Positions 56,714 through 64,000 of a stretch of 64,000 bases of DNA are shown here, piece after piece. Under the pieces are notes generated by a model that ran no database searches, was not told the origin of the DNA, and saw only the letters and a list, made by a program, of their open reading frames with translations. The position numbers and the translations under genes are program-made. The stretch's first letter is position 1. The number at the start of each line of letters is the position of its first letter. The DNA comes from a virus (taxonomy: Duplodnaviria; Caudoviricetes), in the IMG/VR virus record IMGVR_UViG_3300020161_000515, positions 1 through 64,000 of that record, one strand, 5' to 3'.

Positions 56714-58660
56714 TTATAGCCAAGTTAATGCAATGTTAGAAATCTTACCAGTCCATGTAGGACTTGCAGTAATTCTAACTACGATAACTTTACCAGAAGT
56801 AGAAGTATTTTTAGAACCAAGTGTCAAGCCCCAGTTTGTTGGTCTGGAATTTCCAAAGGTACTAGCATAACATCCAATATCTGTATCATTGCCGCTATGA
56901 GCCACACAAGCATCTTTCCATTCAACCGTACCACCAGCATTCTTCGTAGTATTAGGAGCTAATACTTCTAATGTTACGTTGGTCCCACTAGCACCTGTAG
57001 CAACAGGAACAAATGTAGTTCCGGTAGCAGTAACATTAAGTCTGAAGTTGCTTCTGGACGCAGCATCATAAAAATATCGAAGATAAGTTCTGTTTCCAGA
57101 TGCTGTTGAATAGTTTGGATTTGAACCGTATCCATTTGCAGCCGCCGAGAAGTCTCCATTGGTAATAGTTCCAATGTGTGAAGTAGCCTTAGGATAGGTC
57201 AACTCACCAAATGAAACAAGCAATCCAGATACATGATTTGCATTACCAGTTAACAAGTTCTGAGCTGAATCCCAAGTGTAGGATGAAGCACCCATTCCAC
57301 CTGCGCCATAGCTAGTATCTGTTAACGAAATTCCACCATGAATACGGAAGCCTTCACCGTTGAAAGTCTCGGTTGTTACGTTAGCATCATCTGCCACTGA
57401 GTCTAACAACAATCCAGTGATGGATGCTGAACCAGATGTCAGTGTAGATTGAACTGTTCGCAAGACGGAAGTGGTCAATGAAAACCCTACGTTGTAAAGT
57501 CTGCTATTGTTGACAGTAACAGTCTTTCCAGTTAAGATCACATCGTCTGTATAAGCGTTAGCAGCAGGCATAGACTGTGCAGCAGCAGTACAGTTAGTTC
57601 CGTTAAATGAGATAGCGGAAGCACTGGCAGAGTAGGTATTCTTGTAAGCGTTTGAGATCGTAATAGCGTAACTTGCAGTTGCGCCAGTATGATATCTTAC
57701 ACCTGACAAGTATTTACTTCCAGTTGCATTTAACGCAGATAAAGCACCTGTGTTAAATGCTGTTGCAGTTGCATCGTTGTCCACAATCCAGGAAGTAACG
57801 TTAGTGTCACGATACAAGCCTGTGGCATATTCGTGTCTAACTCTTACTGAGTTGTAGCCAGGACGCATAGAAGCAGCAGCAACGTTGACAGTTCCAGTTC
57901 TGTATTTAAACAAATCTAAGAATGTACCTTTGTCAAATTTAACAGCGGTAGCAGTAGTTAAATTGAATCCAGAACCATTTGCGTTTACTGATGCTCCAGA
58001 AGCGAAAGCTGTTAAATCCACTGAGTGGACAACAGTTCCATTAACTTCTAAATGCAACGTACCTTTATCACCGTCACCAAACGCATAGTTTGGATGAGGA
58101 CGATCATTGGTATAGTTAGGTACAACATTCTGAGCCAGGGTAGCTGTAACAGCCGTAGCAGCATTGATAATACCTCTAATATCACCAGCAGGTGAGTAAG
58201 AGCTGTTAATCAGTGACGATGGATGGCTTGTTAAACCTGGAATAGAATGTGACGGGTCAAAGCTAAGTTTACCTGATACTCCAGCAGTTGCAGAAGTAGC
58301 GTTAACTAAGTTTGGAGCCGGGCTTGGAGCCAATGCACCTAAGATCTCATTGAAACGGTCTACAGCCGTACCAATGGGAGTGGTTGGAACGAAGTCGGTA
58401 AAGATCCCGTCAACATATTGCCCATCTTCAGCAGCGCCTATAACGCCGCTTGCTTGAGCAGAGAATGTTTGTAAATATCTTTTATTAACAACGTCCAAAT
58501 CGTTTACAGGATCAGGAATACCAGTGATAGTACCCGGATCAACTGTGTTGCCGTCATTGATGTTCCAATCTTGCGATTTAAGGAAATCTAATTCCAGCCT
58601 TCCCAGATCAAGAGTATTACCTCTTATCTGTTCTTTTGCGTGAATAGTTGATCTAGACAT
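56714..58660 (-). CDS. Large T/A/S-rich virion structural protein
   Basis: ITGIPDPVNDLDVVNKRYL (trimeric stalk-like motif) and IGAAEDG.Y.DG.FTDF...TP.GTAVDRFNE.L..LAP motif. Beta-rich body. Confidence 0.7.
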   Translation of the reverse strand: MSRSTIHAKEQIRGNTLDLGRLELDFLKSQDWNINDGNTVDPGTITGIPDPVNDLDVVNKRYLQTFSAQASGVIGAAEDGQYVDGIFTDFVPTTPIGTAVDRFNEILGALAPSPAPNLVNATSATAGVSGKLSFDPSHSIPGLTSHPSSLINSSYSPAGDIRGIINAATAVTATLAQNVVPNYTNDRPHPNYAFGDGDKGTLHLEVNGTVVHSVDLTAFASGASVNANGSGFNLTTATAVKFDKGTFLDLFKYRTGTVNVAAASMRPGYNSVRVRHEYATGLYRDTNVTSWIVDNDATATAFNTGALSALNATGSKYLSGVRYHTGATASYAITISNAYKNTYSASASAISFNGTNCTAAAQSMPAANAYTDDVILTGKTVTVNNSRLYNVGFSLTTSVLRTVQSTLTSGSASITGLLLDSVADDANVTTETFNGEGFRIHGGISLTDTSYGAGGMGASSYTWDSAQNLLTGNANHVSGLLVSFGELTYPKATSHIGTITNGDFSAAANGYGSNPNYSTASGNRTYLRYFYDAASRSNFRLNVTATGTTFVPVATGASGTNVTLEVLAPNTTKNAGGTVEWKDACVAHSGNDTDIGCYASTFGNSRPTNWGLTLGSKNTSTSGKVIVVRITASPTWTGKISNIALTWL

Positions 58661-58673
58661 GAGGAGTTCTCAA

Positions 58674-59030
58674 TTAGACGATTGAAACTAATCCAGATAC
58701 TGCAATTTCAGAAGCAGTTGCAACATACAAGACACCTTCCACAACAGTAGCTTTATGCTCTACTGGAATGTTATCACTCACCCATTGAATAAAGTCAGCA
58801 GGCGGTGTTTCACTAGCATAGAAGAAGTAAGGGTCGATGACTTCTTCTCTGAAGGTAGTGACTTCTTGTTCTTCAACAATGTCAGCACCAACAGTTAAAA
58901 CAGTAACTCCATCATCAGCCATAACGTCTGGGTTTTTGCCCACAACAACTGGTTGAATTGATTTTTCTTCGTGTTGGATAACTTGAAGACCTTTTCCAAA
59001 CACATCAAATAATTCTTCTTTAGTTTTCAT
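58674..59030 (-). CDS. Hypothetical acidic protein
   Basis: 118 aa ORF with an SD, within the structural operon. Confidence 0.6.
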   Translation of the reverse strand: MKTKEELFDVFGKGLQVIQHEEKSIQPVVVGKNPDVMADDGVTVLTVGADIVEEQEVTTFREEVIDPYFFYASETPPADFIQWVSDNIPVEHKATVVEGVLYVATASEIAVSGLVSIV

Positions 59031-59088
59031 ACCTTTTCCTATATTGGAGTTAAAACGAAATATAAGCTCTTATATTGTATCAGGGATT

Positions 59089-59550
59089 TTAAGATCCCCA
59101 AACGAATTTTGCGTTTCTAGCATTTACAACCTCATCCATTAGTGCAGAGATTAATGACTCAAAAACACCTGTAGCAGCAAACTCTGTGTCATCGCTTACC
59201 CCTTGAAGAGTAGGTGTAGAGAAGTTTGTCAGCCAGTAGATATTTTGTGAAACAGAGTTGCTAGAATTTGTACTAGCATAAAGCGGTGTAGTAAATTCTA
59301 GAACATCAGAACCTACCGGAGTGCTTAATGAAAAGTTAGTCAGCCAGTAGATATTTTGTGAAACAGAGTTGTTAGAATTTGTACTAGCATAAAGCGGTGT
59401 TGAAAACTCCAACGTATCTGATCCAACAGGAGAACTTACTGAGAAGTTTGTCAACCAGTAAATGTTCTGTGAAATAGCATTGTTAGAATCTGTACTAGCA
59501 TAAAGCGGTGTATTAAATTCTAAAGTGTCAGTATCACCTTGATCCGCCAT
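59089..59550 (-). CDS. Small repeat-containing partner protein (family U, ends F.WGS)
   Basis: Three 37 aa tandem repeats. C-terminal KFVWGS like 61882 and 62091. Confidence 0.7.
   Translation of the reverse strand: MADQGDTDTLEFNTPLYASTDSNNAISQNIYWLTNFSVSSPVGSDTLEFSTPLYASTNSNNSVSQNIYWLTNFSLSTPVGSDVLEFTTPLYASTNSSNSVSQNIYWLTNFSTPTLQGVSDDTEFAATGVFESLISALMDEVVNARNAKFVWGS
59218..59529. repeat. Tandem 111 bp coding repeat x3
   Basis: aagcggtgt recurs at 59281, 59392 and 59503 (period 111). Protein unit D.LEF.TPLYAST.S.N..SQNIYWLTNFS. Confidence 0.9.
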
Positions 59551-59560
59551 AACGTTCTCC

Positions 59561-60715
59561 TTATGCTGGGATTATAAAATTGTTGCCTAAGTAGTAATGA
59601 GCCAAAACAGATCCTGATTCAGAATGAAACTGTTCTGCGTCAACTTTAACATTGACTGTATCCAACATAGCCCAATCCTTTCCCATGCCAGCTATTTTAA
59701 TACCAAACATTCTGCCTCGGTATGTCTTAAGGGCATTACAATTTGTCAGATCCATTTCAAGAACATGAGGTGTTATACAATACGGCAAACTTGTTGATGG
59801 GTTATTGCCAGTTGGAAGTATGTCGATAATAGTCTGAGACATCATCATACCATTAGTTCCATTACCATACTGCCAGTTATCAAACTCAGTATAAACAATA
59901 GCATTCTGGCCTTGAGGAGAAGTATAACTGGCATTATTAGTGGACGAAATGGCGCAAATCTTAGGATGAGAATACATGACCTGAAGATTAGAAACTCTTT
60001 CAGCGTTATCACCTGTATCACCTGAGGTTGTTCTAGGCAAAGATAAGTATCTGTATCCTATGTTAGCAGTACCAGCAGCGTCTTTCATCGTAAGCATGGA
60101 TACGATATTGTAGACATTGACAGGCATATTAGATAAGGATGCTGGTACTTGAGATCCACCATTTCCAGAGAATGTAGTGAAATATCCAAAATTTGGATAC
60201 GTTCCGGCAACTTCTCCATTATCAAGAGAAAACTCAACACAACCTATCGCAAAAGGTTTACTTGAGGCTGAGGGAACATATGAAGCGGAATATCCCCAGT
60301 TGCCATTGCTATTTATTCTAGATAAAAGAATAAGATATCTAGAATTGGCAAAAATGTAAAGATACCCACCGTTAACAGTATCCATAGATAATGATCTGTA
60401 AGTAGATCCTTTATAAAGATACGCCTCATTCGTTCCTACATGAGAAGTTGCATTCCAGTTCTCAAAAACTCTTATTACTAAGGATGGGTTTCCTGAAGAG
60501 TAATACTCTAGTAAAACGTATTTAAACTTTGAAGGATATTGAGAAAGTGGAGCTTTGTAAACCCTTCCACTATTTGGAGCGTTTTCGTCATGCAGTTCCC
60601 AACCATGAGCAACGATAACATCTTCAACAGACTGTTTAATAGCAGGTACTGTTTCGCCTGCTGTATATGCTACATACCACGAATTACTTCCTAGTGCTTG
60701 TGTGTTAATTGTCAT
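59561..60715 (-). CDS. Putative receptor-binding/appendage protein (family T), 384 aa
   Basis: MTINTQALGSNSWYVAYTAGET...GW..HD...VYKA...KY...RVFE.WNA..HVGTNE...YRGRMFG.K...LD.V...HYYLGNN..IPA. Confidence 0.75.
   Translation of the reverse strand: MTINTQALGSNSWYVAYTAGETVPAIKQSVEDVIVAHGWELHDENAPNSGRVYKAPLSQYPSKFKYVLLEYYSSGNPSLVIRVFENWNATSHVGTNEAYLYKGSTYRSLSMDTVNGGYLYIFANSRYLILLSRINSNGNWGYSASYVPSASSKPFAIGCVEFSLDNGEVAGTYPNFGYFTTFSGNGGSQVPASLSNMPVNVYNIVSMLTMKDAAGTANIGYRYLSLPRTTSGDTGDNAERVSNLQVMYSHPKICAISSTNNASYTSPQGQNAIVYTEFDNWQYGNGTNGMMMSQTIIDILPTGNNPSTSLPYCITPHVLEMDLTNCNALKTYRGRMFGIKIAGMGKDWAMLDTVNVKVDAEQFHSESGSVLAHYYLGNNFIIPA
60650..60715. repeat. 66 bp perfect direct repeat, copy 1 (5' end of a family T gene)
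   Basis: Identical to 61816-61881. Confidence 0.95.
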
Positions 60716-60726
60716 AAAGATACCTA

Positions 60727-61881
60727 TTAAGCTGGAATTACTACATTATTACCAAGATAATAATGAGAATGAGAAGTTCCTAAAGAACTGTGAAACAAAT
60801 CAGAGTCAACTAAAACATTAACCGAATCCAGCCAGTTCCAATTTTTACCCATTCCGGCGTACTTAACACCAAACATTCTGCCTCTGTATGATGACACCTT
60901 GTTAACATCAGCCGTACTCATCTCAATTACTCTGGGAGTGATACACCAAGGCATGTTAGTAAGAGAGTTATTGCCAGTTGGAAGTATGTCTTTAACGTTC
61001 CAAGAAAAAATAGGAGCTACTCTATCTATAGTATAATATGAAGGATATGCTGCCATGTACTGATTATATCCACCAGGACCTGCTACATAACAACCACTAC
61101 CCCAAGGACAATGAAAGAACGCTGATTTTTTTATAGTTGATCGCGGGTGGTCGTATAATGCCTGAACGTTAGACTTTCTTTCTGCTAGAACAGACAGTGA
61201 TCCATCAACTGATCTTGGGATACTCAAATATCTAAAACCAATGACTGGGCAACTAGCAAAGCTTGTATCAGTGTAATTAACTCCACCTTTAGCAATTCCT
61301 GAAAATTGAGCCGGAGTGTGAAGATTTCCATTAAGAGAATTAGAACTGAATAATCCAAAGTTAGGATACGTTCCAACTGTTTCAAAATCATTTTCAATTG
61401 CGAATTCTACACAGCCCGTAGCAAACTGGTACGCCAGGTTTCCATATCCCCAATAGCCAGTTGAGATTATCTTATTTAAGAATATAGCATATCTTGCTGT
61501 AGCGAAGATATAAATATATCCTCCACCAACTAAATCAATCCCTTGTGAGCCATAATACCAACCTGCTGGATTACTAAACGCAGACCCATTAAGAGCACAC
61601 TCATTTGTTCCAACGTGTGTTGAGGCATTCCAAGTTTCAAATACTCTGGGAGCCATGTATGAAGCATTGCTCCAATCAAGCATCAAATATTTGAATGTGC
61701 CTGAGTTGGCTACAGGCGCCTTGTAAACGATTTTATCAGTCCCTGCGGCTGAGTCATGCACTGACCAGCCAGCGTTTAAAATAACCGCCTCAACGGCTGT
61801 TTTAAGGGCAGAAGTTGTTTCGCCTGCTGTATATGCTACATACCACGAATTACTTCCTAGTGCTTGTGTGTTAATTGTCAT
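60727..61881 (-). CDS. Putative receptor-binding/appendage protein (family T), 384 aa
   Basis: Same N- and C-terminal motifs as 59561..60715 with a divergent middle. Confidence 0.75.
   Translation of the reverse strand: MTINTQALGSNSWYVAYTAGETTSALKTAVEAVILNAGWSVHDSAAGTDKIVYKAPVANSGTFKYLMLDWSNASYMAPRVFETWNASTHVGTNECALNGSAFSNPAGWYYGSQGIDLVGGGYIYIFATARYAIFLNKIISTGYWGYGNLAYQFATGCVEFAIENDFETVGTYPNFGLFSSNSLNGNLHTPAQFSGIAKGGVNYTDTSFASCPVIGFRYLSIPRSVDGSLSVLAERKSNVQALYDHPRSTIKKSAFFHCPWGSGCYVAGPGGYNQYMAAYPSYYTIDRVAPIFSWNVKDILPTGNNSLTNMPWCITPRVIEMSTADVNKVSSYRGRMFGVKYAGMGKNWNWLDSVNVLVDSDLFHSSLGTSHSHYYLGNNVVIPA
61816..61881. repeat. 66 bp perfect direct repeat, copy 2
   Basis: Identical to 60650-60715, offset 1,166 bp. 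Confidence 0.95.
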
Positions 61882-62091
61882 TTAAGACCCCCATGAAAAG
61901 CTTAATGTGCGAACAGGAACTACTTTATAACTGGCCTTCAGCATGTTAGGTGAAAGAGTATCACCTAAATTAGCGAACAGTATTTTCTGTTCTTGAGAAG
62001 TCAGAAATTGTCTTCCAAATGTGTTAGAGTTTACTGTTGTATTATCTGATGCAACAGAGTTTGGGGAATAAAAAGAACCAAGAGATGCCAT
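61882..62091 (-). CDS. Small partner protein (family U, ends FSWGS)
   Basis: Start moved to ATG 62091 (MASLGSF, TAATG overlap), matching the start of 62091..62414. Confidence 0.65.
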   Translation of the reverse strand: MASLGSFYSPNSVASDNTTVNSNTFGRQFLTSQEQKILFANLGDTLSPNMLKASYKVVPVRTLSFSWGS

Positions 62092-62414
62092 TATTTCCCC
62101 CAACTAAATTTTGTTAGAATTATTTCTTGTAAATCAGGAAGTCCTGTACTCACAAAAAGCCCATCAAAAGGGCCTTTTGGAGTGAAGAACATTTTAAGTC
62201 TTGAAGCAGATACAAACAATGAAGCTAGAACAGAATCATTTGTAGCGTAGTTGTTTGGCAGAGCAGGATCAAAAACAGGTTCCATCACTCCCTTAGGAGT
62301 GAAGAACATATTTAATCTTGATGACGAGACAAACATAGCAACAGATTGCTGATTAGTGGTGTTTGTGCTTCCCACTAAATTATCTATAACTTCAAATGAT
62401 CCTAGACTAGCCAT
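62091..62414 (-). CDS. Small partner protein (family U, ends FSWGK) with an internal duplication
   Basis: MASLGSF start. Two copies of FVS.SRL.MFFTPKG. Confidence 0.65.
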   Translation of the reverse strand: MASLGSFEVIDNLVGSTNTTNQQSVAMFVSSSRLNMFFTPKGVMEPVFDPALPNNYATNDSVLASLFVSASRLKMFFTPKGPFDGLFVSTGLPDLQEIILTKFSWGK

Positions 62415-62423
62415 AAACCCTTC

Positions 62424-63761
62424 TTATGCTGGAAGCATTATTCCGTGTGGAGTCATATAGTGATTCGTTACTGTTCCGGTAGCAGCAGGGAACATATCTG
62501 AATCAACTTTCAACGTACAAGTATCCATAGGATTATAAGTGATAGCGGTATCAGTAACCTTCAGTCCATAAATGCGACCAAGCTTATCTTTTACTTTCAT
62601 TCTGGTCTCAGCCAGAAAGTAATCTGACCGTGAGGCAGTAGCATAAAGACCTGTTCCACCTGTAACATTAAATCCTCTGTTAGGACACATTTCCCTTTTG
62701 AAAACAGAAAGTGACTCTGATTCGCTAAACGAAATAACCTGAGGTGTAAATGCCCAATATGTGTTTCCACCACTTTTATTAGTCATACTTGATAAAACTC
62801 TTTGAGTAACATCAAGTAGATTTCCATAAAGTTTAGTATGGATTTTGGTCTTCCATCCAGTGAACACAAATCCGCCACTTAGGTTATATTTAATGCTAGA
62901 AGAACATGCCTGAACACTTCTGGTAGGGAATCTGTTTTCAACCCAAGGTAAAATAGCAGCAAGATATTTAGCACCAGCACCAGTATAACCTTCTATGGTT
63001 CGTGGCATAGCTAACTGACCAAGGCCAATGAATCCAGCAGGAGTGTGAGTGGCAGCATTGTCATAATGTCCAAAAGGTACTGATAGTTCTGTAGCTACTT
63101 TTAAATCAAGAACGCCTGCAGCCGAGTTACCTAAAACATAGCCCATCTTGGCAAAGCCAGCATCTTCAGCAACAGCCCCAGTCAATGGATACTGACCAAA
63201 GCACTTATTCATATTAAGAGGAGCTCTTAAGTATTTGCTGTTGATATACAAGAAGTTAGTTGAAGCGTTACTTGCTCTGGAATCATCTACTGACAACTCA
63301 AAACATCCGATAACACCGTTTCCATATGTTCCATTAGCAGTACCATAAAGGTTGTTGCTTAATTTTGCGTTAACAGCAAAGTATCTGTTAGTTGCAAATA
63401 AATAAACAACTCCACCAATAGATACACCTCCATTCAATGAAATGGCCTGATACACTGAAGTTGGTGCTTCTGGATAACTACACTCATTTGTCCCAACATG
63501 AGTAGTTGCGTTCCAAGTTTCGTACACTCTAACCTTAACACCAGATGCGTCAATGATAAAACGAATATATTTATATGACGATCCATTCTTACAGATCGCT
63601 TTGTAAATAACATCTTGGTTTGCAGTAACGGTGTCATGAAGTGTCCAACCGTGAGCAACTATCCAATCATTACAAGCGGAAAACAATGCTGAAGGTGTTT
63701 CTGTGTATGAATACGAAATCATCACAGAATTACTTCCTAATGATAATACATCAATTGTCAT
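62424..63761 (-). CDS. Putative receptor-binding/appendage protein (family T), 445 aa
   Basis: MTIDVLSLGSNS...HGW.LHD...YKA...KY...RVYETWNATTHVGTNE...GRIYGLKV...NPMDTCTLKVDS...LPA. Confidence 0.75.
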   Translation of the reverse strand: MTIDVLSLGSNSVMISYSYTETPSALFSACNDWIVAHGWTLHDTVTANQDVIYKAICKNGSSYKYIRFIIDASGVKVRVYETWNATTHVGTNECSYPEAPTSVYQAISLNGGVSIGGVVYLFATNRYFAVNAKLSNNLYGTANGTYGNGVIGCFELSVDDSRASNASTNFLYINSKYLRAPLNMNKCFGQYPLTGAVAEDAGFAKMGYVLGNSAAGVLDLKVATELSVPFGHYDNAATHTPAGFIGLGQLAMPRTIEGYTGAGAKYLAAILPWVENRFPTRSVQACSSSIKYNLSGGFVFTGWKTKIHTKLYGNLLDVTQRVLSSMTNKSGGNTYWAFTPQVISFSESESLSVFKREMCPNRGFNVTGGTGLYATASRSDYFLAETRMKVKDKLGRIYGLKVTDTAITYNPMDTCTLKVDSDMFPAATGTVTNHYMTPHGIMLPA

Positions 63762-63771
63762 GTTGTTCTCC

Positions 63772-64000
63772 TTATGCTGGTAACAGGATTGAGTAACCTG
63801 TTAAATAATGGGTTGCATCAGTGCCGTTAGTAGCAGGGAATTGTTCTGAGTCTACTTTCAACGTGCAGGTGTCCATAGGATTAAAATCTATAGAAGTATC
63901 AGCAACCTTGATGCCATAAATTCTTCCATAATACTTCTTAACCAGCATAGTTTGTTCTATGGAATATGTCTTTATCGTACATTTTGGACTGTAGGTTAAG
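63772..64000 (-). CDS. Family T paralog, C-terminal fragment (truncated by the window edge)
   Basis: Manual translation ...YYGRIYGIKVADTSIDFNPMDTCTLKVDSEQFPATNGTDATHYLTGYSILLPA*, open to the edge. Confidence 0.85.
   Translation of the reverse strand, partial: LTYSPKCTIKTYSIEQTMLVKKYYGRIYGIKVADTSIDFNPMDTCTLKVDSEQFPATNGTDATHYLTGYSILLPA

Noticed and set aside
59089-64000. Diversity-generating retroelement acting on the family T array
   Set aside because: There is no reverse transcriptase or avd gene in the window, no non-coding template repeat, and paralog differences are not adenine-specific. An RT elsewhere in the genome cannot be excluded.

Overview
This window is about 64 kb of the virion morphogenesis and lysis region of a large, AT-rich tailed bacteriophage, read in the standard genetic code. 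Nearly every gene lies on the minus strand; a single plus-strand dihydrofolate reductase converges on them at the left edge. In the direction of transcription (right to left) the window holds: (1) a tandem array of at least four paralogous 384-445 aa putative receptor-binding or appendage proteins interleaved with small partners ending in WG[S/K]; (2) fibre and decoration genes and a permuted papain-like amidase; (3) a sigma70-type promoter, a tail assembly chaperone with a -1 programmed frameshift (gpG/gpGT-like, not in the ORF track), a terminator, and a 4,039 aa TP901-type tape measure protein; (4) a Dit-like gene, a free-standing HNH/AP2 homing endonuclease, and tail-tip and hub genes; (5) about 30 kb of very large modular appendage genes (LamG x3, 2,383 aa, 2,093 aa, a Cys-rich 978 aa protein) built from a few recurring anchor domains, one carrying a subtilisin fold whose catalytic triad is entirely replaced; (6) a CHAP endolysin and a LydA-like holin. 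A structured ~100 nt repeat occupies each large intergenic gap. I found no tRNA, CRISPR array, reverse transcriptase, capsid, terminase, tail tube or sheath gene. All family assignments come from motif recognition by eye, not from database searches.
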